A stretch of 64,000 bases of DNA from Candidatus Wolfebacteria bacterium (GCA_002401345.1 NVSU01000001.1:68476-132475); one strand, 5' to 3'. Counted from the stretch's first letter, positions 1 to 9,603 are shown. Numbers and translations are program-made. The notes: generated from the letters alone by a model not told the origin.

Positions 1-721
1 TCTTTACTGACTCATTATGCATGTAAATATTACGAAGAAGTTCAATTCTTAGCTCTCGATATTCTTTATAGAATTTTTTAGTAATTGTTTCTTCCTCAGT
101 ACGAATATCAGAAAGAAGTTCTTCCGTTTTTGTTTTCCCAGATTTTGAAGTGAAATTTTCTGCATTAAGCAGAAAATAAAACTTTCGAAATTCGTAATAA
201 TCATCTTCAGGATTAACTAAATCATCGAGTGTCCAAATTTCATAATCTAATTGATTATCTTGAAAAAGTCTGAATTCGTAAAAGTTTGACGCAAGAACAA
301 AAGGAGAATGTGAGTATTGTATTTTATATTTAAATGCCTGCTGGATTGGACTCATGTTCCCTACTCTCTGTTGAGGACGATCAAGAGGAACACTGGCACC
401 CTTTAATTCGACAACGGACGAAACCTTGCTAATTTCTTTATCAAAATATCCTAGTACTACATCTGGTAATTGACCCTGCTCAGTAGTAGCTTTGGGTTCT
501 AGTGTATAAGGAGAATTTGGCTTTTCTGAATAACCCAAAACTTTTATGAAAAAATCTTGATTAAATGCCTGCTCTCGTGATGTTTCCTTATCTTGCTTAA
601 GAGTTCCGTGATGATAGTCCTTATCCCACTTTTTAATTATCTCAAGTTTTTCATCAAAATCAGGAATATCAAAATTCTCTAATTTTCTTTTTACTATTCT
701 ATTCTTGAAAATTGGAGCCAC
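1..721 (-). CDS. Type IIG/Eco57I-like restriction-modification enzyme, N-terminal nuclease part (runs off window start)
   Basis: Not in the ORF track. Translated by hand from GTG at 721: MAPIFKN...EQAFNQDFFIKVLGY...LPDVVLG...VELKGASVPLDRPQ...SPIQQAFKY...SNFYEFRLF...ITKKFYKEY. This gives a PD-ExK motif and the typical IIG N-terminal pattern. Confidence 0.75.
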   Translation of the reverse strand, partial: MAPIFKNRIVKRKLENFDIPDFDEKLEIIKKWDKDYHHGTLKQDKETSREQAFNQDFFIKVLGYSEKPNSPYTLEPKATTEQGQLPDVVLGYFDKEISKVSSVVELKGASVPLDRPQQRVGNMSPIQQAFKYKIQYSHSPFVLASNFYEFRLFQDNQLDYEIWTLDDLVNPEDDYYEFRKFYFLLNAENFTSKSGKTKTEELLSDIRTEEETITKKFYKEYRELRIELLRNIYMHNESVK

Positions 722-770
722 AATTTAAACATTATACCACGTTTATATAAGTCATTTGCAAATCACGCAC

Positions 771-801
771 AAAAAAAGTGAGGTCGTTGTCGACCTCACT
801 T
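771..801 (-). terminator. Intrinsic terminator
   Basis: AAGTGAGGTCG/CGACCTCACTT inverted repeat followed by a T-tract on the minus strand. Confidence 0.65.
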
Positions 802-951
802 ATACCTATATTTATCGCTCTGCGACGTCAGCAGCCCTCTTCACAGTGAGCCACAGAAGGTAACATCCACCTTTTCATAACTTTCAGTTTTAATGGTTAC
901 TATTCACTTTATTTGTTCTATCTTTATTATACCAAAGCTGTCAAGTGCTCT

Positions 952-1036
952 AAAAAATAAAACCCTATCCTCCGAGGAGGATAGGGTTAGCGAATGACAA
1001 TTTTGCAACACCGCTTATTGCCATTCTTCACCACCT
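952..1036 (-). ncRNA. Candidate small RNA cassette B
   Basis: TTGACC(1070-1065)-17-TAATAT(1047-1042) promoter, a GAATGGCAAT/ATTGTCATTC stem, and terminator CCCTATCCTC-CTCG-GAGGATAGGG plus T-tract. Paralogous to cassette A. Confidence 0.5.
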
Positions 1037-1075
1037 CTCAAATATTACTATAATTTCTCCACATGGTCAATATTT

Positions 1076-1153
1076 AAAAACCCTACCTTCCGAAGAAGAT
1101 AGGGCCGGTGAATGGCAGCTCTCCGAAGAGAAACTTACCATGCGAATCACCTG
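1076..1153 (-). ncRNA. Candidate small RNA cassette A
   Basis: TTGACC(1187-1182)-17-TAATAT(1164-1159) promoter, a GGTGA..ATGG/CCATTCACC stem, two cUUCGg tetraloops on the minus strand, and a terminator with T-tract. Confidence 0.55.
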
Positions 1154-1196
1154 AAGGAATATTAACAGACTTTCCTAAGTAGGTCAAGATATATTC

Positions 1197-1523
1197 TTAT
1201 TCCTGAGGTTGTATGTTTTTTAGATTTTGTATCATTCGCTTGATCGCTCTGAGTGTCGTGATGATGATGATCCAAAATAATGAGAGTGGAATGAATATTA
1301 TCCAGAATAAAATACGTGCAAACAATGTAGATTGTGTGATGAGATCTGTCCACCCAAATACAAAGAGAAGGCCAAGTACGACAAGTGTGAGGAATGCCAA
1401 TACAATCACATATCCTTTAATCATTCCTAGTGCCTGATCCACTACAAATCCAGAAGGATCAGCGACGCCACTTTTGATGGCTCTTAGTTGTTTCCGTAAT
1501 CTAAAGATTTTAAATATAAACAT
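1197..1523 (-). CDS. Hypothetical two-TM membrane protein
   Basis: 108 aa ORF with two hydrophobic helices, 2 bp downstream of the FMN reductase gene. Confidence 0.7.
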   Translation of the reverse strand: MFIFKIFRLRKQLRAIKSGVADPSGFVVDQALGMIKGYVIVLAFLTLVVLGLLFVFGWTDLITQSTLFARILFWIIFIPLSLFWIIIITTLRAIKRMIQNLKNIQPQE

Positions 1524-1525
1524 AA

Positions 1526-2053
1526 TTATTTCTTACTTACATGAGCTGCGAGCGCTTCAAAGAAATTTCCAAGCTTCTTTTTATATGCATCGACATCTTT
1601 TATTGCACCACTCTCATCAATGATCTCTCCTACATGAGAAAAGTGAACTGAGTTTTTTATTGGAATCATCTCAAGTGCAATCGCGACAAGTTTTAATTGC
1701 TCTATCATGCGAGATGCGCCAAGTCCCCCTGCTGAAACTCCACATATTCCAAGTGGCTTATTTCCATACTCAGTATAGATACTATCCAAAAGAAGTTTTA
1801 ACTCTCCTGGAAAACTAAAATTATATTCAGGTGCAACAATGACAAATCCGTCAGCTTTTCCTGCTATTGCACTCCATTTTTCTTTTAATTCAGCTGATCC
1901 CATTGTGCCTGCAAATGGAAACTCTTTTACATCAACAATCTGGGTGTCGAACCCATACTCTTGTGCATACTCATGAACAAAACGCGCAACGTGTTCACTC
2001 TTGCGACCCTCTCGTGCAGTTCCAAGAATAATTGGTATAAATAATTTTTTCAT
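1526..2053 (-). CDS. NADPH-dependent FMN reductase
   Basis: ILGTAREGRKS, ADGFVIVAPEYN, GVSAGGLGASR motifs; start taken at MKKLF. Confidence 0.92.
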   Translation of the reverse strand: MKKLFIPIILGTAREGRKSEHVARFVHEYAQEYGFDTQIVDVKEFPFAGTMGSAELKEKWSAIAGKADGFVIVAPEYNFSFPGELKLLLDSIYTEYGNKPLGICGVSAGGLGASRMIEQLKLVAIALEMIPIKNSVHFSHVGEIIDESGAIKDVDAYKKKLGNFFEALAAHVSKK

Positions 2054-2059
2054 CCTCAA

Positions 2060-2137
2060 CAGTATACCCTGTCTACCGATACGCAAGCAAGAAGTGTTGG
2101 AATTATAAAAAGCCTCTTATGGTATAAGAGGCTTTTT
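2060..2137. repeat. Direct repeat copy 1 (promoter plus terminator module)
   Basis: CAGTATACC..CTACCGATA..GCAAGAA.TGTT.GAA.TATAAAAAGCCTCTTAT..TATAAGAGGCTTTT, close match to 2717-2792. Confidence 0.85.
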
Positions 2138-2152
2138 ATAATTTAATTCTCC

Positions 2153-2710
2153 TTACTTTAAAAAAGATTTGTATTCATAATCTTTTAATAGGAGGGTTTC
2201 TATTTCTCCAGAGCAGTCATCAAGTTTTTCACTATTTTCACCAACGTAATGACAAATTGTCTTTACTGGAACTAATCCAAGTCCTTCAAAAATTCCACCT
2301 TCAGTTTTACTATAAAAACAAGTTGAGAGCACGTACGCACCCGCAGATTCTCCTGCTATTATTTTGCCTTCCATTAGTTTAAATAAAGTAGGATATTCTT
2401 TTAGTGTATCGAGTAATTTTAGCGTTTACCCACCATGCAGATACACAATATCAGCTTCTACTATTTGTTTTTCAAATGAGTCTTGGTTTGCAGTATTAAA
2501 TGAAAGATTTCTATTGTCTATATTATTCCTATTAAACTGTGTTTTATCTTTCTGACTTGTTTGTTCATATTCTCTCTCATCTTTTGCAAAATTAACCAAT
2601 AGAATTTGTGGATTTTCAGGAGCATCACTTAATATTTCTCTGAAAAAGGAATCATTTTCAGCATTTAACTTTGATGCATAGCCACCATGTAATATAAACT
2701 TTGTCTGCAT
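2153..2710 (-). pseudogene. Peptidase S51/dipeptidase E-like (class I glutamine amidotransferase fold) with an in-frame stop
   Basis: The two ORFs share a frame: ADIVYLHGG-TAA(2426-2428)-TLKLL...IAGESAGA...GLGLVP...ICHY. Confidence 0.8.
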
Positions 2711-2716
2711 ATAGAG

Positions 2717-2792
2717 CAGTATACCTTTTCTACCGATAGACAGGCAAGAAATGTTAGAAATATAAAAAGCCTCTTATATATAAGAGGCTTTT
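2717..2792. repeat. Direct repeat copy 2 (promoter plus terminator module)
   Basis: Matches 2060-2137; the hairpin terminates queD. Confidence 0.85.
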
Positions 2793-2798
2793 GTTAAT

Positions 2799-3176
2799 TT
2801 ATTCAACGTATTCTACTGTCGCAGATCCCGTAGCTGTTTCCCAAAGGCGAACCTTGGACACAGGAAGATCTGTCTTGTAGAGGCGGTCAAAGATATCATT
2901 AGCAATATTCTCAACGGTCGTTGGATAATCAACCGCTTTATTGATATTGTGATGATCAAAAGGATCGATCACTTTTTTCACAATTTTTGACATTTCATCA
3001 AAATCAATGATCATACCTTCATCAGGACTTCCATCAGCTTGTTTGGGTGTTCCAGTCACGGTCACTTCCAATTTGTATGAATGTCCATGTTCATTTTTAC
3101 ACTTTCCTTCGTGATTAACTAATTGATGCGCCGCTTCGAATGTATAAAATTTTGTGACACTTACTTTCTTTGGCAT
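2799..3176 (-). CDS. queD: 6-carboxytetrahydropterin synthase
   Basis: FEAAHQL, GKCKNEHGHSY, FDH, TVENIA, LWET motifs. Confidence 0.92.
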   Translation of the reverse strand: MPKKVSVTKFYTFEAAHQLVNHEGKCKNEHGHSYKLEVTVTGTPKQADGSPDEGMIIDFDEMSKIVKKVIDPFDHHNINKAVDYPTTVENIANDIFDRLYKTDLPVSKVRLWETATGSATVEYVE

Positions 3177-3359
3177 ACGTATTATATTTTAAAAATCTGT
3201 AGTTATCTTTCTGGCATCACATTACCATGAAACTCATCAATTGACAATGCCTCTCTCCTTCTGTATCCTACGTATAGAACTCCCGATTCTGGTTCATATA
3301 CGTATGAATCGAGGATCCTCGATCCGCTAAAGCGAGATCGGGATAAAATAATATGTTCT

Positions 3360-3983
3360 ATGAAAACAATAGGAGCAATTTTTATTCTTATAGTTAATTT
3401 TCTACCGCTCGTGAGCACAGCTCAAAGGGCGGATTCATTGGTAAAGTATTTGAAAATGAGTAGAGGTGAACAAGAGAAACGTATGGGTGTATTTCAGCAC
3501 TACGAGTCATTTGTCCCTCTCATTATAGATACCGTTAAAGGCTGTGGTACTCATAAACAAGAGACTACTAAGATTGATGACTCAACGGTATATGAATTGA
3601 ATATATGGTTGATCCCACTTAATCCAACACTCACCATTCGTTATGAAACAGAATTTGGTGGAGATGGAAATGAAAGTCTGACAGAATCTGTGTATATAGA
3701 TAAGAAGAATGTCTTTGAAGAAAAAATATTCACACAGCATCTTGAGTTTTCGATTACAGGAAATGAAATCAAACTTATGATTGTGATCAATGAAGATCCA
3801 CATTCTGAGTATGGATATACAGCTGTTAATGTACATATCAACGAATCCAATACTCTAGCTGTAAATTTTGACTATGGAGTGAGTAGACGTGTAGATACAG
3901 GTGAGTTCATTACTGAAGTCAAAATCAACATAGAAGCTATATTAGAAGAATTGTCAGTGTATTTTACAACACTCGAAAAGTAA
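3360..3983 (+). CDS. Hypothetical secreted protein
   Basis: 207 aa with a signal-peptide-like N-terminus; terminator hairpin at 3983-4013. Confidence 0.7.
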   Translation: MKTIGAIFILIVNFLPLVSTAQRADSLVKYLKMSRGEQEKRMGVFQHYESFVPLIIDTVKGCGTHKQETTKIDDSTVYELNIWLIPLNPTLTIRYETEFGGDGNESLTESVYIDKKNVFEEKIFTQHLEFSITGNEIKLMIVINEDPHSEYGYTAVNVHINESNTLAVNFDYGVSRRVDTGEFITEVKINIEAILEELSVYFTTLEK

Positions 3984-4181
3984 AAGTCCTCATGTAACAT
4001 GAGGACTTTTTTTATTTGTCCTTTTTATTGCCTTATTTTACTTAGGTACTAGACGTAATGTGGAAAACTGGACAGGTGCCACTTTAAAGACATGTTACTA
4101 TACATCACGATGAATAAAACAAGATATAAAAGAAAAGGGGTCGATCAAATTTCTTTTTTCCGTTTTATACTTTCTCATTTT

Positions 4182-4213
4182 AAAAAGAGCTCCCAATAGG
4201 GAGCTCTTTTTTT
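4182..4213 (+). terminator. Leader terminator (possible attenuator)
   Basis: AAAAAGAGCTCCC-AATA-GGGAGCTCTTTTTTTT, about 40 nt upstream of the same-strand gene. Confidence 0.6.
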
Positions 4214-4252
4214 ATGTGTCATCATCATTACTAATTAATTTTAAAAAATAAT

Positions 4253-5095
4253 ATGATAAAAAATTATATTGGAGAAAAAGATACTATTGCATTTAGCAAG
4301 ACTATAAATAAAATGCGTTCATTTTGTCTTGATAAAGGTTTTACAGAAGTACATACTCAAGATCGATTAAGCATCCTCGCTGCATGTGAAGATCCCGATA
4401 CCGTCGCAACGTACACGTATGCAGGCGAAACATGGCCACTCCCTCAAACAGGTCAGATGTGGCTCGAATATGAATTACTTACAAAGCCGGAATTGCCCGG
4501 CGTTTTTTGTGTCAGTACAAGCTATCGTAACGAACAAAATCCAGTTCCCGGAAGACATAAAATAATATTCCCTATGTTTGAATTCGAAATAAAAGGATCA
4601 ATTAAAGATTTGGAAAAGTTTGAAATTGAATTATTAGAATATTTGGGATTTGGTAATGAAAAAAGTTTCACATACAAGACATACGATGAGCTCAAGGCTC
4701 ACTATTCGACAGATGAATTAACTCACGACAATGAAGCACATATGAAAAAAGATTTTGGACCCGTAGTATTTTGTAAAGAATTCCCCACATACACCTCCCC
4801 CTTCTGGAACATGAAAAGAAAGAATCCCGAGTACTCACACAAAATAGACGTGATTCTCGACGGAAAAGAAACGATAGGAAGTGCGGAGAGAAGTACTAAT
4901 GCTCAAGAAATGAGAGAAGAATTTCACACAATAAGTGATGGGAAATACGCAGAGAAACTATATGATCTCTTTGGAAAAGAAAGAGTTAATAAGGAACTCG
5001 AAGAATTCCTTTCATTTGAGTTCTTCCCCCGAGTTGGAGGAGGAATTGGAGTAACACGAATGATTGATGCGATCAATAGCCTAGAAAAGAAGTAG
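4253..5095 (+). CDS. Class II aaRS catalytic-domain-only paralog (AsnRS-like, possible asparagine synthetase)
   Basis: PLPQTGQMWLE, motif 2 SYRNE...RH..IFPMFEFE, ETIGSAER, motif 3 PRVGGGIGVTR; no anticodon-binding domain (280 aa). Confidence 0.8.
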   Translation: MIKNYIGEKDTIAFSKTINKMRSFCLDKGFTEVHTQDRLSILAACEDPDTVATYTYAGETWPLPQTGQMWLEYELLTKPELPGVFCVSTSYRNEQNPVPGRHKIIFPMFEFEIKGSIKDLEKFEIELLEYLGFGNEKSFTYKTYDELKAHYSTDELTHDNEAHMKKDFGPVVFCKEFPTYTSPFWNMKRKNPEYSHKIDVILDGKETIGSAERSTNAQEMREEFHTISDGKYAEKLYDLFGKERVNKELEEFLSFEFFPRVGGGIGVTRMIDAINSLEKK

Positions 5096-5098
5096 AGA

Positions 5099-5845
5099 CT
5101 ATTGCGACTGAACCTCCGGAGCCATCTCTGGTCGATCCATGGGAACTGCAGAATGTTCTGGTGTCTTAGGTGACTCAGGTGCTGCAGGTTGCTCGGGTTG
5201 TGCGGGAGGTTTCTGATCGGTTGATGATGGTGCTTCGAACTGCTCTAGTCTTTTTTTATACATTGATGTGAATGCAACCATTGTTGTTGGAATAGTTGCA
5301 AACAGTCCAATACCCAATGCAAGTGTTCCTACTATATTTATTCCAAGTAATGAAAGATTAAATACAAATAGTTTCCATACATGTCCCTTTGTTATTGCAG
5401 CACTTCTCTTAAATGCTTCAATAGACCCGAGTTTTTTATCTACGACAAATTGTCCAAAATATTGAAATCGGGTTGCCCAAATAATTCCTGGCACAATCAA
5501 AAGTACGAGTCCGACAAATACAACAAGCGAATATAAAATGGATGCTACAAAGTAATTAATGAGGTGTCGATAGTGTTTGAACAAGTCAGAATATTTACTA
5601 GGATAACCAAATGCGAAATTCAATAATATTCTTGTAATACCGATAGCAACCAAAATCAGTACGATCTGCACCACAATATTTACAATAGTAAAAATAATAG
5701 ACCCTCCTCCCACGAACACATTCACTACACTTGGAATAAATGAGATGATCCAGTAGATAAATAGAATACCTACAAAAAACCAAAAATTCTTCTTCATTGT
5801 ATTCCATCCAAATCGAAGTGCCTCTTTATTTAAAAATGTTTTCAT
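5099..5845 (-). CDS. Integral membrane protein (DUF975-like)
   Basis: LVLLIVPGIIW, EAFKRS..ITKG..WKLF, several TM helices, Pro-rich tail. Confidence 0.75.
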   Translation of the reverse strand: MKTFLNKEALRFGWNTMKKNFWFFVGILFIYWIISFIPSVVNVFVGGGSIIFTIVNIVVQIVLILVAIGITRILLNFAFGYPSKYSDLFKHYRHLINYFVASILYSLVVFVGLVLLIVPGIIWATRFQYFGQFVVDKKLGSIEAFKRSAAITKGHVWKLFVFNLSLLGINIVGTLALGIGLFATIPTTMVAFTSMYKKRLEQFEAPSSTDQKPPAQPEQPAAPESPKTPEHSAVPMDRPEMAPEVQSQ

Positions 5846-6018
5846 CTTGTTAAAGATAAGATATGTTTACATTTCTATGTAATGCATACCTATCATTATT
5901 ATTGCTAATTATCCCTTTTTCCCGTCTTCACAATACGGTAACCTGTAACGGGATTTATGTATTAATTATAGCAAGAAAAGACAAAAAACAACTGTGAGTT
6001 GACCACGGGTTCCTTTTT

Positions 6019-8067
6019 TTATTTCTGCAGCATATCAACGATAAATGCATAGATAAATGCGGCTTCTTTTAAATATTCATACCTACCTGATGATCCGCCG
6101 TGGCCGGCCCCCATATTTGTCTTTAATAAGAGCGTATTATTATCTGTTTTCATATCACGTAATTTGGCCACCCATTTTGCAGGCTCCCAATATTGCACAC
6201 GAGGATCATTAAGCCCTCCAAGTACCAACATGTGTGGATAGTCTTTAGCTTCTATATTGTCATACGGAGAATATGACAATATATATTCATAATTTTTCTT
6301 TTCATTTGGATCACCCCATTCTTCATATTCTGCAATAGTAAGCGGAAGTGTCGGATCCATCATTGTATTTATCACATCGACAAATGGCACATCGGCTACC
6401 ACTGCATTAAATAGATCGGGTCTCATATTACTCACCGCGCCCATGAGCAGTCCCCCTGCACTTCCTCCCCAAATTGCGAGTGACTCTGGTGCAGTATAGT
6501 CTTCTTTAATCAAATGCTCTGCACATGCGATGAAATCAGTGAATGTATTTTTCTTGTTTAAATATTTACCCTGTTCATACCAGTGCTCTCCCAGTTCACT
6601 TCCTCCTCGAATGTGGGCTATGACATATACAAAACCTCTATCCAGAAGACTAATAATATTAGAAGAAAAATATGGATTACTTGAAATCCCATAGGAGCCA
6701 TATCCAGTGAGCAACAGAGGATTCGCTTCATTCTTTTTGTACAGATCTTTTTTATAGACCACTGACATAGGTATTTCTTCATTGTCGGGTGCGCGAGCAA
6801 CAATTCGTTTTGCAATGTAGTCATCTTTGTTAAATCCACCGAGCACTTCTTTTTGTTTTTTAAGCTCTTGTGTTCGTGCTTCCATATCATACTCAAAGAC
6901 AGAACTCGGAGTAGTTAATGATGAATATGAATAACGCAGCGTATTAGTATTAAAATCAGGATTACTTGATACTCCTACTGTATATACTTCTTCTGGAAAT
7001 GGTATGAAGTGATGTGTGTCATCTAGTACATTAATTATATTAATCTTCTCCAAACCTTTTTCGCGCTGTGATATTACAAGGTACTCTTTAAATAAATCTA
7101 TATCTGTAATGCTTATATTGTCATCATGAGCAATCACTTCTTTCCAATTTTCCTTTGTGGGTGTCTCAACTGATGTTTTCATCACCTTAAAATTTAACGC
7201 GTTCTTATTCGTTCGTATATAAAAAGTATCGCCATGATGGTGAACGTAATATTCTATTCCCTTTTCCCGAGGTTGAATGATCTCAAACTGACTCGTCGGC
7301 TCATCGGCATCCATAGCGCGTACTTCCGAAGTAACTTTACTTCCAGATAAAATCATAATATATTTTTCTGTTCGAGTTTTATATAAGTTAACGAAAAACT
7401 TTCCATCGGGTTCATGAAACATCATTGTATCTTCCTTTGTGTCGGTCCCAAGGGTATGTCGATACACTTTATGCGGTCGTTTGGTTTCATCCAATACCGA
7501 ATAGAAGAATGTCTGACTATCATTGATCCATTCAAAAGAATGATATGTGTGTGTTATCTGGTCACTCAAAAGCTCTCCTGTGTCTAGATTCTTTATAAAA
7601 ATCGTATATTCTTCTGATCCATTGGTATCGACCGAATATGCGAGCAGTGAGTGATCGGGACTCACATCAAATACACCCAATTGAAAATATTCATATCCTT
7701 CGGCAAGAATGTTTTGATCTAACAGTATTTCTTCGGCTGAGTCGAGTGATTCTTTTTTTCGAGCATATATTGGATATTGTTTCCCTTCTTCTGTTCTCGT
7801 ATAGTAATAATAGTTATCAATTTTCACTGGAACTGACATGTCAGTTTCCTTGATTCTTCCTTTCATTTCCTTGTAGAGTTGTGCCTGTGCATCTTCTGTA
7901 TCTTTCATTATCTCTTTAGTGTATGTATTTTCATCTTTAAGATACGTAATGACTTCAGGGTTTGTTTTTTCTCGCAGCCAAAAATACTCATCGATTCGTG
8001 TATCACCATGATACACCGTCTCATGAGGAATTTTCTTTGCTTTTGGAGGTTGTGGTTTATTGTTCAT
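6019..8067 (-). CDS. ptrB: Oligopeptidase B (S9A)
   Basis: DEYFWLR, GYGSYG, GGSAGGLL, DPRVQYWEPAKW, AGHGG motifs. Confidence 0.95.
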   Translation of the reverse strand: MNNKPQPPKAKKIPHETVYHGDTRIDEYFWLREKTNPEVITYLKDENTYTKEIMKDTEDAQAQLYKEMKGRIKETDMSVPVKIDNYYYYTRTEEGKQYPIYARKKESLDSAEEILLDQNILAEGYEYFQLGVFDVSPDHSLLAYSVDTNGSEEYTIFIKNLDTGELLSDQITHTYHSFEWINDSQTFFYSVLDETKRPHKVYRHTLGTDTKEDTMMFHEPDGKFFVNLYKTRTEKYIMILSGSKVTSEVRAMDADEPTSQFEIIQPREKGIEYYVHHHGDTFYIRTNKNALNFKVMKTSVETPTKENWKEVIAHDDNISITDIDLFKEYLVISQREKGLEKINIINVLDDTHHFIPFPEEVYTVGVSSNPDFNTNTLRYSYSSLTTPSSVFEYDMEARTQELKKQKEVLGGFNKDDYIAKRIVARAPDNEEIPMSVVYKKDLYKKNEANPLLLTGYGSYGISSNPYFSSNIISLLDRGFVYVIAHIRGGSELGEHWYEQGKYLNKKNTFTDFIACAEHLIKEDYTAPESLAIWGGSAGGLLMGAVSNMRPDLFNAVVADVPFVDVINTMMDPTLPLTIAEYEEWGDPNEKKNYEYILSYSPYDNIEAKDYPHMLVLGGLNDPRVQYWEPAKWVAKLRDMKTDNNTLLLKTNMGAGHGGSSGRYEYLKEAAFIYAFIVDMLQK

Positions 8068-8140
8068 AGATGCAGTATATCAGGAAGTTGAGTGAATTAA
8101 AAAAAGACACCTTTTTAGGTGTCTTTTAAATCTATGATTT

Positions 8141-8695
8141 TTATACTGGCTCAACCTTCTTACTGTAATTGAGTAACAAAGTATCCATTTCAATAAGCTT
8201 GTCTTCGAGTATTACAACATCCAAGCAGTGATTCATAAAACGTATCGCTACCTGAAATGTTTCATGATCTTTTTTCGCTAGACATTCTTTAATGACGTCA
8301 TATTTCGCCTCTAGGTGTCTTTGCTTACTTCGCTCTATGGCGAAATATCTAAAGATAACTTCATTCCTAAGCTTCCCGACTGCTTTAATCATATGCTCAT
8401 CGTGGGTGCGCTCAAGATCGAATTTTTTACACTCCTGATGCAAGACATGTGCTTCTTCGAGCTTTTTTGAAAGCTCTAGAAAAAGTTCCTGTTTCACATC
8501 ATCATATATCTCATGCTCGCCACTCATTAGATCAAGTACAATTCCAACATATACACGAAAGCCTTCAAAATCATTAATCAATTTATCAAGGTTTGACTTT
8601 TTCCTTTCAGGAATATGCTCAAATATTTCGATAATCTTATCAGTTATAGCTTTTGCACGCGTCATAATACGCTCCTCTATTACCAGTGTTTTCAT
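8141..8695 (-). CDS. Hypothetical protein
   Basis: 184 aa helical ORF followed by a terminator at about 8099-8129. Confidence 0.65.
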   Translation of the reverse strand: MKTLVIEERIMTRAKAITDKIIEIFEHIPERKKSNLDKLINDFEGFRVYVGIVLDLMSGEHEIYDDVKQELFLELSKKLEEAHVLHQECKKFDLERTHDEHMIKAVGKLRNEVIFRYFAIERSKQRHLEAKYDVIKECLAKKDHETFQVAIRFMNHCLDVVILEDKLIEMDTLLLNYSKKVEPV

Positions 8696-8760
8696 AGAAC
8701 AAAAATTTAAATTATATATTTCTAGAGATCATAATACATAAAAATTCGTACTTTGGCAAC

Positions 8761-8800
8761 CATACTAAAACACCCCGCAGGTGCGGGGTGTTTTAGTATG
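8761..8800 (-). terminator. Terminator of the cold-shock gene
   Basis: CATACTAAAACACCCCGCA/TGCGGGGTGTTTTAGTATG perfect inverted repeat. Confidence 0.8.
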
Positions 8801-8811
8801 TAAGAATGCGA

Positions 8812-9012
8812 TTACGCTTTCTTTACATTGACTGCTTGAAGTCCTCGATCAGTTTCCTCTGTGTCAAAAGTCACAGCGTCACCTTCTCGTAGATCATTGT
8901 ATTCAGTGTCTACAAGACTTGATGCATGAAAGAAAAGATCTTTGTCATTTCCTTCTTGCTCAATAAATCCAAAACCTTTATCAGTCAAACGTTTGATAGT
9001 TCCTGTTTCCAT
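8812..9012 (-). CDS. Cold-shock domain protein
   Basis: KGFGFI (RNP1) and DLFFH (RNP2) motifs. Confidence 0.95.
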   Translation of the reverse strand: METGTIKRLTDKGFGFIEQEGNDKDLFFHASSLVDTEYNDLREGDAVTFDTEETDRGLQAVNVKKA

Positions 9013-9222
9013 GTGATGAAATTAAAATTACGATTAATAAAAACAATGCATATATGAAATAATCGAACCTTTTACCTCATCACTTTGTTCTATGACTTCG
9101 ATACTACCACCATTAAAGAAATTCAGCAAGCCACCTACACCTTTCCTGTAGATTTTATGCTATTCACAACACTGAAAGCATATTAATAGAACACACGTGC
9201 GGGTATTTTTTTTGTATGTATA

Positions 9223-9603
9223 TTACATGTTTAATGCTTCTTTGACCTTTTTAACTACATCCTTTATTTTCCAATCACTTTTGACCAAGTAATACATTGG
9301 TTCTCCTTCTACCATTCCCATGATAAGTTTTTCATCTGTTGCACTTAAATTTGTCAAAATAATGATCGGAACTGTTTTACCCCACTCATCTTCACGAAGT
9401 TTTTTCATTGTTGTCATCCCGTCCATCTTTGGCATCACAAGATCAAGTAGGATGATATCGGGATGTTCCCTTAGTGAAACCTCTAGACCTTCATCTCCAT
9501 TTTTTGCTTTCAGGACTTCAAAATTCTCTGCACTGAATTTATCACCCAATACTTCCAGCATATCTAATTCATCTTCAATAATTAATATTTTTTTCATATT
9601 CAT
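9223..9603 (-). CDS. Single-domain response regulator (receiver)
   Basis: ILIIEDE, PDIILLDLVMPKMDG, PIIILTN motifs. Confidence 0.92.
   Translation of the reverse strand: MNMKKILIIEDELDMLEVLGDKFSAENFEVLKAKNGDEGLEVSLREHPDIILLDLVMPKMDGMTTMKKLREDEWGKTVPIIILTNLSATDEKLIMGMVEGEPMYYLVKSDWKIKDVVKKVKEALNM

Noticed and set aside
2426-2428. Stop-codon reassignment as the cause of the internal stop
   Set aside because: The stop is TAA, and other genes end normally at TAA, TAG and TGA; there is no sign of an alternative code.
3203-3418. 71-aa minus-strand ORF and the many 60-130 aa ORFs antisense to or nested in long genes
   Set aside because: They have no recognisable motifs and overlap better-supported genes.
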